Shown here piece by piece: positions 18,613-28,574 of a stretch of DNA of 64,000 nt; position 1 is the first letter of the stretch, and each line of letters opens with the position of its first letter. The stretch is from a bacterium (GTDB lineage: Bacteria > Verrucomicrobiota > Kiritimatiellia > CAIKKV01 > CAITUY01). The translations under genes and the position numbers were made by a program. The stretch lies in contig JBAWZH010000001.1 of the NCBI GenBank assembly GCA_037143135.1, forward strand, positions 9,553 through 73,552, read 5' to 3'. The notes beneath the pieces are model-generated. The model worked only from the letters and a program-made list of their open reading frames with translations. It ran no database searches and was not told the origin of the DNA.

Positions 18613-21420
18613 ATGAACACCAACGAAGATATATACGAATGTCGTTTGGCGGCAGAAGGTGGCGATGCCGAAGCCCAGTACCAGCTGGGCTTGAAGTTCG
18701 TTAACGGACAAGGTGTAGAAAAGGATGAGGCAGAAGCTGTAAGGTGGTATCGAAAAGCTGCCGAACAGGGGCATTCTACTTGTCAATATTTCCTTGGCTG
18801 GTATCTCGCCAACGGTCGGGGTGTTGAAAAGAATGAAGCGGAAGCCGTCACATGGTATCGAAAAGCTGCCACTCAGAATGTTTTAGGCGCACAATTTGAC
18901 CTTGGGGTTATGTATGCCAATGGTCGTGGCGTGACTAAGGATGCTGTTGAGGCGGCTAAATGGGCTCGCAAGGCAGCTGAACAGGGGCATGCAGAAGGTC
19001 AATATTATCTTGGGTGGTATCTCGCCCGTGGTCAGGGAGTGAATAAGGACGAAGTAGCGGCAGTCACATGGTATCGTAAGGCCGCTGAACAGGGTAATGC
19101 TGGCGCGCAGTGCGAAATGGGGATTATGTGTGCCGATGGGCGAGGTACGGGAAAAGATGCAGCAGAAGCCGCGATGTGGTTTCGCAAGGCCGCAGCTCAG
19201 GGAAACAAGAAAGCGCAGGAACTTCTATCCAATCTGCCTCAAGCAGCTCAAACAATACAAGCCCCAGCGGCTAAACCACGAGCCGCAAGTCGTGAAGCAA
19301 AAGCGGCTGCGCCAGAGTGCAAACCCCTATTGGATGCCAGTACACCCAGAGTTTACGTCCAAAACGCCTTCAGAATCACGGGACTTGCTGTTGATGCACA
19401 AACGCGAGACATCAAGCGTCGCATCGATGACCTAAAACACGCCGAAGAAAATGGGGAAGCAGAGGATGAGCATAATCATGCGTTTGCAATTGTTCCGCCC
19501 CCCTCAATTGAACATATCCGTGAAGCTGCACAGAGATTGCATGATCCGGAGCGTCGTCTAATCGAGGAGTTCTTTTGGTTTTGGCCTAGTGAATGGGGTA
19601 AAGGGAATTCAGATCCCTCATTACTTGCGATGAAGAATGGGGATAAAGACACCGCGTTTAAGAATTGGCTGGCATGTATCTCCGATGACGCCAAGAGTGG
19701 AGTCGTTTCGCGAAATGGAGGAATAGTAATCCGCGATCAGTCGGCTTTGGCAAGCCCTCGCGAAATTGCGGTTGCCAAGCATAATCTTGCAGTGATGTAT
19801 CAACTGGTTGCTCTCGACTCAGAGCATCACGTTCTGGAAAACGAATTTACTGCGGCACAACTTGAAACCATCGAGCAATATTGGCGTAAATGTTTCAAAT
19901 GGTGGGAAGAACTAACTGAGGACGAAACCTTTTGGAGCCTGATAACTGAGAGAATTCGCATGTATAACGAGCCGGAACGCCTCAAAACCGGATTTGCTCG
20001 ACAAATGCGTGCTTCTCTCCCGGAGGCGATGGACAAAATCAATGCCATGCTGGCAATTAGCTATTCTGAACGCGGGAAACTGGCGCTAGCGGAGAATCAC
20101 ATCCGTTATATGAAGGAGACGCATCAAGGTCAGGATGATATTGAGAAAACCTTAGCAATGGTGACGCAACCGCTTAAGGCTCGTGTCATAAGTTATGTGG
20201 AGAAAGCTACTGGCGTGGCGGATAGGCAACCACAGCAAGCCGCTAAATCGGCACGTGAATTGTTGCAGGCGGTTGCCGAACCAATGAAGATCATTCAGCA
20301 GATCCTGTCGCCAGAGGATCACGTGCGAATTGATCTATTCGACAGCGTCGCTGAAGCGTGCCTGACATGCCAACTTGCCTATGCGCGCGAAACGAAAGAT
20401 TGGTCAGCGAGCCTAGCAATTATCGAAGATGGCGCCAAGTACGCCGTCTCCAGTGAGACGAAAAAAAGACTTGCCGAGAATATTGCAAAAGTTACCAGAA
20501 ATAAACTTTTCGGGCAGTATATTGAACCTCTAGCAGAGTTAATTGAGAAGAGCCGAGCCAGAAGTTCAACAGCGGCGAAAGTGAGATCCGTTGAAGAGAA
20601 TCTGCTGCCCTACCTTAAGAAAATAGAGAGTGCCAAAGGCGTTAGCATTGATGTCTATAATGAGTGTGCGGATCTTGTTGCACTCTTTGTCCGGGGGGTA
20701 TCAATTTCTGCATATAATGAGGATAACGATTTGGCCGGCTCGATTAACATTTTAAATATTGCGCTAAACACAGCTCGAGGCCGAGAAGCACGTGAACAAT
20801 TGCAAAAAGATAAAGATCAGCTTAAAGGTTTTGAGGCTGAATCCACCAAACATAATCTTCGTATGCAGATTCGTGGTGACGACATTGAGATCACTCGCGA
20901 CTATGTTCGCTACAAACAGGATAAAATTCCAGTTTCTCAAATCCAAGGCGTTAAATTTGGTGTCTTTGTGCAGTACACAAACGGCGTGGAATCAAGTTCA
21001 TCGTATTTGATCGATATTACGGATGGCGGCAACATAAGAATCCACATTGAGTGCAAGCGAATATTTCGCGGTAAATCAGATGCCGAACAGGATTACAGAC
21101 GGATCCTCGACGCGATTTTTGAGCAGATCGCCACTCCGCTAGTTCAGAAGTTGGCTCAAAGCGTAGTCGCGGGGCGACCCTTGCAGATGGGGGGAGCTCG
21201 ATTAACGTCCGAAGGAGTCTATCTAACAACAGGATCTCTTTGGTGGCAAAAAGAAATAATGGTCCCGTGGTCAGACATCCGATACGGAAATCATCAAGGT
21301 TCGCTGAATCTGTCATCATCAAAGGATAAGAATATTTCTACTTCCATGGCATTACGTGACGCGTGGAATGCTGTTTTCTTTGAATATATTGCCAAAGCAG
21401 TAGTAAAGCTTAAAGGCTAA
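18613..21420 (+). CDS. Sel1/TPR-like repeat protein with a large uncharacterised C-terminal domain
   Basis: About 7 Sel1 repeats (AEAQYQLGLKFVNGQGVEKDEAEAVRWYRKAAEQGH, and so on), then ~650 aa of unknown family. ATG at 18613 follows the kinase stop; the tool start at 18505 would overlap by 104 bp. Confidence 0.6.
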   Translation: MNTNEDIYECRLAAEGGDAEAQYQLGLKFVNGQGVEKDEAEAVRWYRKAAEQGHSTCQYFLGWYLANGRGVEKNEAEAVTWYRKAATQNVLGAQFDLGVMYANGRGVTKDAVEAAKWARKAAEQGHAEGQYYLGWYLARGQGVNKDEVAAVTWYRKAAEQGNAGAQCEMGIMCADGRGTGKDAAEAAMWFRKAAAQGNKKAQELLSNLPQAAQTIQAPAAKPRAASREAKAAAPECKPLLDASTPRVYVQNAFRITGLAVDAQTRDIKRRIDDLKHAEENGEAEDEHNHAFAIVPPPSIEHIREAAQRLHDPERRLIEEFFWFWPSEWGKGNSDPSLLAMKNGDKDTAFKNWLACISDDAKSGVVSRNGGIVIRDQSALASPREIAVAKHNLAVMYQLVALDSEHHVLENEFTAAQLETIEQYWRKCFKWWEELTEDETFWSLITERIRMYNEPERLKTGFARQMRASLPEAMDKINAMLAISYSERGKLALAENHIRYMKETHQGQDDIEKTLAMVTQPLKARVISYVEKATGVADRQPQQAAKSARELLQAVAEPMKIIQQILSPEDHVRIDLFDSVAEACLTCQLAYARETKDWSASLAIIEDGAKYAVSSETKKRLAENIAKVTRNKLFGQYIEPLAELIEKSRARSSTAAKVRSVEENLLPYLKKIESAKGVSIDVYNECADLVALFVRGVSISAYNEDNDLAGSINILNIALNTARGREAREQLQKDKDQLKGFEAESTKHNLRMQIRGDDIEITRDYVRYKQDKIPVSQIQGVKFGVFVQYTNGVESSSSYLIDITDGGNIRIHIECKRIFRGKSDAEQDYRRILDAIFEQIATPLVQKLAQSVVAGRPLQMGGARLTSEGVYLTTGSLWWQKEIMVPWSDIRYGNHQGSLNLSSSKDKNISTSMALRDAWNAVFFEYIAKAVVKLKG

Positions 21421-21470
21421 CCTGACAAAAACTGTCTGATTTTATGTAACACAACGAATAGGAAGCACCT

Positions 21471-22034
21471 ATGAGCAAACAGAAGCGTATGCAGGCGAGT
21501 CCGCCGAGTCGTGGTATTGTCCACATGTTTAACATGCTTAATCTCAAGCTCCCAAAGGAGCTGCGACTTCCTCCCCTCAATGACGCACCTAATTTAAACG
21601 CCCTTAAGACTCGCTTCAATGAGCTTGAAGCATTGTTGGCGCGGTCGAAGACTTCAACCCGAATCTCATCTTCTACCCCGGCTGCACCGAATCTTGATGA
21701 AAAAGCGATTGCGAACCTGGCCACTAATGCTTGGCGTGCTAAAACCAAGATGCTTGACCAGGATTCGGGTGAAGTTAAGGAAGAAATGAAGCGTGTGTAT
21801 CGGCACATTGAAGCTATCTTTGAAACGCTGAAAGGGCTGGGTGCTGAGATTCTTGACCCATGCGGTCGAAATTATGATTCCGGCATGGCGTTAAAGGTTA
21901 TCAGTTTTGAGCCGACCCCGGGAGTTTCAAAGGAAGAAATTAAGGAAACAATCAAACCATCTGTGATGTGGCAAGGACGCCTTATACAAATGGGTGAGGT
22001 AATTGTGGGTACTCCCAGCAAAGTAGATAAATGA
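21471..22034 (+). CDS. Hypothetical protein (187 aa), translationally coupled to the Hsp70-like gene
   Basis: ATGA overlap with the downstream gene. No motifs recognised. Confidence 0.4.
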   Translation: MSKQKRMQASPPSRGIVHMFNMLNLKLPKELRLPPLNDAPNLNALKTRFNELEALLARSKTSTRISSSTPAAPNLDEKAIANLATNAWRAKTKMLDQDSGEVKEEMKRVYRHIEAIFETLKGLGAEILDPCGRNYDSGMALKVISFEPTPGVSKEEIKETIKPSVMWQGRLIQMGEVIVGTPSKVDK

Positions 22035-24529
22035 TTAATGAGGGAATGAATATGACAAGAACAACTATTGACTTCGGAATCGATCTTGGGACAACAAACA
22101 GCGCGATCGCTGTTCTAAATGGCACGCGGCCCGATGTCATTAAAAACAACGTGGATACTGATATTACTCCGTCGGCTGTGTTTATTGATAAGCGTGGATT
22201 GGTTCAAGTAGGTCAACGTGCAAAGAATCGCCAGGAGGATGAAAGCGCTGTAGACGACGTTTACATTGAGTTCAAACGCCGCATGGGTACTGACCACCGG
22301 TACGAGTTCAAAACAGCGGCGCGAACTATGCGGCCAGAAGAAGTTTCCGCCGAAGTCCTGAAAAGTTTACGTGGTGATGTTCAACAACGCCTGGGTGAGG
22401 ATGTCCAATCAGCCGTTATTACTGTGCCTGCTATATTTGAACAGAATCAATGTGCGGCAACTATTAAGGCTGGGCAACTTGCAGGGTTTGTTCAGTGTCC
22501 ACTGCTTCAAGAACCGGTTGCGGCAGCTCTTGCCTATGGTTTTCAATCTGATGTTACAAAAGAGTATTGGCTCATTTACGACTTCGGTGGCGGTACATTT
22601 GACGCTGCAATCATGAAGGCGGAAGACGGTGGTATTAGCGTGGTTAATCACGGTGGGGATAACTACCTTGGCGGCTCTGATATTGACTGGGCAATTATCG
22701 ATCAATTGATAATTCCAGACCTTAAGTCAAAGTTCAACCTGCCCGAGTTTTCGAGAAATAACAATAAATGGCGGACCGAATTTGCTCGCATTAAAAATGC
22801 AGTTGAAATTGCGAAAATTCAGCTTTCTCGCAGTGATACTGCCTTTTTGGAAGGGGGTGTGCTTAAAGATGCGGATGGGAAAAGGGTGGAACTGGATTTC
22901 AAGCTAACCAGAAATGCACTTGTTGGAGTTGCCGAGCCATTCATTATGCGCTCGGTCGAAATATGCAAAAGAGTTTTGAAGGAGAAGGGGCTATCGCCGA
23001 CTGCAATCGAGAAGGTTATTCTGGTTGGTGGGCCAACCCTTGCGCCATATTTCCGTGATATGCTGAAGTCCGGCTTAGGTATTCACCTTGATCATTCCGT
23101 AGATCCGCTGGTTGTTGTGGCGAAGGGTGCTGCTGTGTTTGCAGGAACTCAACGATTTGATACTGGTGCGGCGCCTCGACCCATTGCGGGCGAGTACAGC
23201 GTCGACCTGAAATACAAACCCGTTGGCGCTGATGAGGATCCGACTGTTCGAGGGGAAGTTACAGCAGATTCCGGCACAAGTATTGAGGGATTAACAATTG
23301 AGTTCGTCAATAATAAGAGCCTCTGGCGGAGCGGTAAAATTCCGCTAAAAACAGGAGGGAAATTTAAAGTCAACTTGTTGGCAGAGAAAGGCGGCCAAAA
23401 TGTATTCAGTATTGAGCTTGTAGACTCAAAAGGGCGCAAGCAGATTGTTAAACCGGATAATCTCTCCTACACAATCGGTATGGCGATATCTGAGCAGCCG
23501 TTTTGTAACGATGTTCGGTTAGCACTTGCAAATAACGATAGTGAGATATTCTTTAAAAAAGGTGATGCGTATCCCGCTACGCATTCATACCGGGGTTTCA
23601 AGACAACTCAAACGGTTCGCAAAGGCGAAAGTGGTGACATGCTCCGCATTCCAGTGGTTGAAGGTAATGAGGAGAAAGCAGACTGGAACCGCAAGTTGGG
23701 TGAACTAGTCATTTCCGGATCACAAATTAGACGCGACGTGCCTGCTGGCAGTGACCTTGAGGTTACTTTGCACGCAAAAGGTCCGGGAGCAATCCTCGCC
23801 AAAGCATATGTACCGTTGCTTGATGAGGAATTTGAGGCGATTATTGATTATGATAGGAAAGAACTGAATGTTAAGGATTTGCGCCGCCAATTTGAAGCCG
23901 AGTCAAAACGGCTTAAATCTTTAACTGCTAAAGCGAATGATGCAGAAGATGAGGGCGCTGGTAACTTGCTCGAAAGCGTGCCCGATATGGAAGTGATAGA
24001 CGGCCTCCTTGATACGGCAAAGGGGGATCCTGACTCGGCAAAAAAAGCGGAAAAGCGACTTATTGAATTGCGCATTCATTTGGATAAGGCCGAAGATTTA
24101 CTCAAATGGCCCGCGCTGGTGACGGAAGCCAAAACGGCGCTTGATGATTTAGATGAACTGATCGAGAAACACGGCGACGATACTCATCGCGATCAAAGTG
24201 CAAAATTCCGGGATCAGATTAAAGATCTAATTACCCAAAAACGCACTGAACCATTACGAAAGAAAGTCGCTCAAGTCTCAGATCTGCGTCTTGAAATACT
24301 TTTAGCACAACCAGGTTGGTGGGTGGGTTACCTTGAATATCTCATCGAACGACAGGGTAAGATGAATGATCAAGATAGCGCCGAGCGTCTTATCAATCAG
24401 GGAAGGCTTGCTATCAGCAAAAACAATCTTCAGGGGTTGCGTAGCGCCGTTGTCCAACTCTTAGACCTCTTGCCTAAGGAGGTTCAGGATGAAGTTCAGA
24501 GGGGATTTGGATCGGGAGTAATCAAGTAA
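22031..24529 (+). CDS. Hsp70/DnaK-family ATPase with a divergent long C-terminal region
   Basis: Hsp70 nucleotide-binding-domain motifs: IDLGTTNSAIAV (phosphate-1), IYDFGGGTFD (phosphate-2/connect-1), ILVGGPTLAPYFRDML (adenosine motif). The C-terminal ~450 aa is unlike the canonical substrate-binding domain. Confidence 0.7.
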   Translation: MINEGMNMTRTTIDFGIDLGTTNSAIAVLNGTRPDVIKNNVDTDITPSAVFIDKRGLVQVGQRAKNRQEDESAVDDVYIEFKRRMGTDHRYEFKTAARTMRPEEVSAEVLKSLRGDVQQRLGEDVQSAVITVPAIFEQNQCAATIKAGQLAGFVQCPLLQEPVAAALAYGFQSDVTKEYWLIYDFGGGTFDAAIMKAEDGGISVVNHGGDNYLGGSDIDWAIIDQLIIPDLKSKFNLPEFSRNNNKWRTEFARIKNAVEIAKIQLSRSDTAFLEGGVLKDADGKRVELDFKLTRNALVGVAEPFIMRSVEICKRVLKEKGLSPTAIEKVILVGGPTLAPYFRDMLKSGLGIHLDHSVDPLVVVAKGAAVFAGTQRFDTGAAPRPIAGEYSVDLKYKPVGADEDPTVRGEVTADSGTSIEGLTIEFVNNKSLWRSGKIPLKTGGKFKVNLLAEKGGQNVFSIELVDSKGRKQIVKPDNLSYTIGMAISEQPFCNDVRLALANNDSEIFFKKGDAYPATHSYRGFKTTQTVRKGESGDMLRIPVVEGNEEKADWNRKLGELVISGSQIRRDVPAGSDLEVTLHAKGPGAILAKAYVPLLDEEFEAIIDYDRKELNVKDLRRQFEAESKRLKSLTAKANDAEDEGAGNLLESVPDMEVIDGLLDTAKGDPDSAKKAEKRLIELRIHLDKAEDLLKWPALVTEAKTALDDLDELIEKHGDDTHRDQSAKFRDQIKDLITQKRTEPLRKKVAQVSDLRLEILLAQPGWWVGYLEYLIERQGKMNDQDSAERLINQGRLAISKNNLQGLRSAVVQLLDLLPKEVQDEVQRGFGSGVIK

Positions 24530-24640
24530 GGACGGTACGTCTTACGACCATAATTAGGAGTTCTTTTTGTCAGTACCAAGGCATAAGAAACAGTGATGGA
24601 TTCCAGGGTTAGCGGTCAATGCAAGTGAACGGCGATCTTC

Positions 24641-25897
24641 ATGGCGAATGGGGAAATCAACTTCGACGAAATGCGAGCACCCGAGGTGGTTCGACCGCTT
24701 TCATTAAAGCAGGAAAAACCACCACGGGTGTCTACGCCCCCCCCGCCACTTAAGCAGCCCCCTCCGCCGCCCATTCCGCGTGCAGCCGCTCGCCCTCCAT
24801 CACCCCCGGCCGCAACACAAACTTCTCAAAAACAAAAACCAACTTCGATCGCACCAAAACCGCCAGAGACTAATAACGCATGGGTCGGCATCCTCGTTGT
24901 TGCGGGAATCATATTGTTGATCTGTTTCATGGTCGGGATTAGTTCGAGTCAGAACGGCGAAACTCCCAGGAATAATACCAGTGCGCCATCCGATCAAGTA
25001 CGCGTTCCGGAACAATCGATTATTCAACACATTCCCGAAACCGTAACAACAGTATTCCCGGAAACTCCAAAGGCGCCGATCCCGACACAAGTTGTACCTG
25101 ATATTCCGAAAACGACAGGTTCATGTCGGATTTCTGCTTTTGCAGTCGCTGGGAACGGAGAAAGACATTCTGTAACTGGAAATGCCGTTATTGCGTTCAG
25201 GCATGTTGATACAAGCGCGGCAATTTCGACGAATGTGATGATTCCGCGGATATGGCACGATATGCCAGCCGGGGAATACCACTTTGCCATTTTTATTTCT
25301 GGATTCACCCAGTCTTTTACAAATAAGATCAACATAACTGCGGATGATTACAATAATGTCGCTTTTTCATTGCAACCTCTCCCCGCTCGAGTGACCTTTG
25401 TCTGCCCATCAAATTCATTACCCTTCGCGATCTTTGATGATCACGGGTACCTGGGAAGCTCTGACAAAAGTTTTGAACTTTCGCCCTACCTCACCCATTT
25501 CTTGACGTTCAAAGCAGAAGGATGGCGTGACAAACCCATGAAGGTCAAGTTGGAGAAGCCAGGCGGGGCGTACCGATGTGCTGTTGAAATGGAACGTATC
25601 GCGTCAGGGCTTCGCATCACAGTTAGTGCAAATAAAGGGGAACCGCCGGTGGCCGGTGCTCTGATTGTGAATGGCGGGGAACCGGTAAAAGTGGCGTTCC
25701 CGTCCGAACAATCAAATTTGGCTTTCGCTGGCCCGTTGTCACTCGTTCTGGCGGTTGACGGGTATCAGGTCATTAACAACACCCAGCAAGTCACTCTCAT
25801 TGATAGAGAAATGGTTAACATTGAATTTCAGGTTGTGAAGAAATCATGGCTGTCGCGGATGCTTAACGGATCAGCTCGTAAGCAAATACAAAAGTAA
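24641..25897 (+). CDS. Pro-rich single-pass membrane protein with an extracytoplasmic domain
   Basis: N-terminal P-rich cytoplasmic tail (PPPPLKQPPPPPIPRAAARPPSPP), TM segment VGILVVAGIILLICFMVG, then a ~300-aa beta-rich domain. Confidence 0.45.
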   Translation: MANGEINFDEMRAPEVVRPLSLKQEKPPRVSTPPPPLKQPPPPPIPRAAARPPSPPAATQTSQKQKPTSIAPKPPETNNAWVGILVVAGIILLICFMVGISSSQNGETPRNNTSAPSDQVRVPEQSIIQHIPETVTTVFPETPKAPIPTQVVPDIPKTTGSCRISAFAVAGNGERHSVTGNAVIAFRHVDTSAAISTNVMIPRIWHDMPAGEYHFAIFISGFTQSFTNKINITADDYNNVAFSLQPLPARVTFVCPSNSLPFAIFDDHGYLGSSDKSFELSPYLTHFLTFKAEGWRDKPMKVKLEKPGGAYRCAVEMERIASGLRITVSANKGEPPVAGALIVNGGEPVKVAFPSEQSNLAFAGPLSLVLAVDGYQVINNTQQVTLIDREMVNIEFQVVKKSWLSRMLNGSARKQIQK

Positions 25898-25945
25898 GTG
25901 CGACAATCCGCTTGTGACTGCGGTCATTGCGAGGAAGGTAAAGTA

Positions 25946-26959
25946 ATGAATAACGAAATCGAAACCGGCGAGGATAATTCAGGGTTATCCAATGATCTTG
26001 ATCTTCTTGAGGCTTCGCGCCTTATAACGGCTGGCGAAATCACTCAGGCGGAGGAAATCCTTCGGCGGATACATGCACGCATGCCCTCCTGTGAAGCATT
26101 AGACTTGATGGCGCGCATCTCAGTTTCAAAAGGGCAAATGTCCGAGGCGAGGCGCCTGTGGCAGGAGGTACTGGAAATTGATCGTTCCAATGTCTCGGCC
26201 AAATCTGCATTGGCGCGGCTCGACAGCCCATGGCTTGTTCCGGCAATTCTCGCGAGGTGTGGCTTTCTTGTCACAATTGCATTGCTGGCGAGTTTGGTGA
26301 TCGTTGGCGTTTTTGCTTTGTTCAACATTCAGCGTTTTATCGATTCAAATCATCCTGGTGGTTTTCAATCTTCAGAAACTGTAATTCATATTTCCAGTTC
26401 CGAATGCCCAACGAGAGATCAATCTCAGCCATCCACCACAGGAGATATCAAATCATCGAAAACAGTAGCGCAGGAAGACGCACCCATTCCGGTGCAACCT
26501 TTCAGCAACCCGCCTCCATTGTTTTCAATTCCTGCTTGTAGCGTCACCACGAATTTAACAGAAACCAGGATCATCTTTGAGGAGGGCATATTTGCGCGGC
26601 GATGCGAGTTAGTCAGCGATGCAAATGCGCGCCTCGATGCAGTCTCCCGAACCTTGTCTGAGCGCGGGACAGGTTGTTGGATCATAGTTGAGGGCTATAC
26701 GGATTCCGATCCGATTTCGGCTAATAGCATCTATCAGGATAATTTTGACTTGGGCATGCATCGCGGATTAGTAGTGGCTGAAGTACTGAAAATGTCGACG
26801 ACAATTCCTTCGCAAGATATTCTTGTCGGTTCAGCTGGGGATAATATCTCCCCATTGTTCCCGGGAGACGAGCCTGAGGTGAAAATGAAAAACAGAACGG
26901 TGGTCATTCATGTTATGCCGAAAGCATCAGCAACGACCACACTCGGAGAATCAAAATGA
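25946..26959 (+). CDS. TPR-like N-terminus, TM helix, and a C-terminal OmpA/MotB-like peptidoglycan-binding domain
   Basis: The C-terminal IIVEGYTDSDPISANSIYQDNFDLGMHRGLVVAEVL matches the OmpA_C signature (GHTDxxG...N..LSxxRA..V). TM segment LVTIALLASLVIVGVF. ATG at 25946 has an RBS GAGGAAGG upstream; the tool start at 25898 abuts the previous gene. Confidence 0.55.
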   Translation: MNNEIETGEDNSGLSNDLDLLEASRLITAGEITQAEEILRRIHARMPSCEALDLMARISVSKGQMSEARRLWQEVLEIDRSNVSAKSALARLDSPWLVPAILARCGFLVTIALLASLVIVGVFALFNIQRFIDSNHPGGFQSSETVIHISSSECPTRDQSQPSTTGDIKSSKTVAQEDAPIPVQPFSNPPPLFSIPACSVTTNLTETRIIFEEGIFARRCELVSDANARLDAVSRTLSERGTGCWIIVEGYTDSDPISANSIYQDNFDLGMHRGLVVAEVLKMSTTIPSQDILVGSAGDNISPLFPGDEPEVKMKNRTVVIHVMPKASATTTLGESK

Positions 26960-28329
26960 GTTTGAACGCAGACCTTTCTATTCAACTTGTCTGGGCCATA
27001 GCGAACACTGAAGCTAATCTTTCAGGCGAGAAACGCATTCGACCAATTCACTTCTATTTAGGCATTCTCAAGTTGGTTGATCCAAGATTCCTGAAACAGT
27101 TGCATGGTGTGGATATACCGGAAGAGGAACAGCGCAGCCTCGGACAACTGTCCAAAGATGTCCGGCACTATCTTGAGATGACGGTTGATGAAATCACGAA
27201 ATTGCGCCGAGCCCTTAGAAGCGGGTTGCGAGAGGGAACGCCTGAAAAAGTCGAAATACACATGCTGCACAGATCAGATGATTCGAGAAAAGTCTTTCTG
27301 GAGGCTGGGAATAAAGTGATTCAAGCCGGGGGTAAGTCTTTGTCCGTCCTCCAGCTCGCAGAAGCTCTTTTCGAGTCTGGCGCCATCAGTCTAGATGGCC
27401 TTAAACGTCCCCATGGGCGTCCAAGTTCGAAAGGCGCGAAATGGGAGGTCGTTAATGACGGGAAGCCAGACAATCAAAAAAAGTATTCAGAATGGTTCGG
27501 GCGTAATCTGCTGAAAATGGCAATTGAGGGGACACTGCCACCTTTTGAGGGAAGAGAGCGGGAAATTAAAACCATCCTACGCGTTCTTTCCCGAACAAGA
27601 AAACGCCATATTGCCATCATCGGTGATCCTGGAGTTGGTAAAACGGCGCTAGTCGAAGGTCTGGCAAAGACTATTGCAGAGAAAAAGGTGCCTGTTGATT
27701 TGCATAATTCGGAAGTCCTTGAACTTCATGGCAGCGATATTTCAGCTGATTGTAAGAGCGAAGCAGAAATTAACCGGCGCATCTCGCATGTATTTCATGT
27801 TCTCGAGAACCATAAGCGGGCTGTACTTCTGCTCGATGATTTTCATGGTCTGTTCCCCAGCCATTTGAAGCATGATGCGACAGTTGACCTTCTTACAACT
27901 CTTCTGGCTGAGGATAATACTCCTGTGATTATTACAACCTTACCCGGGAAATGGGCGGGATTAACTGCCAGTGCGCCATCTCTTTTGAGGCATTTCGAGG
28001 TCATCAATATAACGGATCCGTCAGAAATGGAATGTAAGCGTGTTGCAGAGGCGTGGGTAAAGCGTATCGCAGAATCGCAAAGGATTAACTTCGCCCCAAA
28101 AGTGCTTGAGGCCATAATATCAGCGGCGGCTGGGTTATCGGCAGATCGGGCTTTAATTGATCGAATTGTGGATTTGATCGAGAATGCGGCAACATATGTA
28201 AAAGTGTCGGCGTTTTCATCAAATGATGCACGGCGCGACGTAACCACCGAGGTTATAGCGTCTGTCCTTACGGAGCATCACAAAGTTCGCTCAGTTAGAG
28301 CACCAAGAAGCATTGGTGAAAATCCATGA
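26956..28329 (+). CDS. Clp_N domain plus a single AAA+ module (ClpA/ClpB D1-like), with no D2
   Basis: Clp_N repeat (QLVWAIANTEANLSGEKRIRPIHFYLGILKL). The Clp-family basic-arginine motif FEGREREIKTILRVLSRTRKRHIAIIGDPGVGKTALVEGLA (Walker A). Walker B AVLLLDDFHG has DD rather than DE. The protein ends after ~457 aa. Confidence 0.6.
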   Translation: MSLNADLSIQLVWAIANTEANLSGEKRIRPIHFYLGILKLVDPRFLKQLHGVDIPEEEQRSLGQLSKDVRHYLEMTVDEITKLRRALRSGLREGTPEKVEIHMLHRSDDSRKVFLEAGNKVIQAGGKSLSVLQLAEALFESGAISLDGLKRPHGRPSSKGAKWEVVNDGKPDNQKKYSEWFGRNLLKMAIEGTLPPFEGREREIKTILRVLSRTRKRHIAIIGDPGVGKTALVEGLAKTIAEKKVPVDLHNSEVLELHGSDISADCKSEAEINRRISHVFHVLENHKRAVLLLDDFHGLFPSHLKHDATVDLLTTLLAEDNTPVIITTLPGKWAGLTASAPSLLRHFEVINITDPSEMECKRVAEAWVKRIAESQRINFAPKVLEAIISAAAGLSADRALIDRIVDLIENAATYVKVSAFSSNDARRDVTTEVIASVLTEHHKVRSVRAPRSIGENP

Positions 28330-28497
28330 AAGATGGCTATCAATTGGCAATATCATTCTCAAAGATGATATAGGTCAGCCAATACGTACTGTCCAAAAGT
28401 GAGACGCAACAACTTTATGTCTTGATCATCCTGGTATACCAAACGATAAACTGAACCATTCTTATCCTAATTCATCCGTCTTCATACCACTAGAAGC

Positions 28498-28533
28498 TTG
28501 ACAAGTGGCTTGATTTGGAGTCTAATTACATAA
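28498..28533 (+). promoter_or_regulatory. Putative sigma70-type promoter (TTGACA, 17 nt, TCTAAT) for the HTH_17/SNF2 operon
   Basis: ttgacaagtggcttgatttggagtctaat lies ~45 nt upstream of the 28575 start. Confidence 0.3.
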
Positions 28534-28574
28534 GTTGTTGTCTCCGTGAATATTCCATAAAGGGGGGCATTGTT

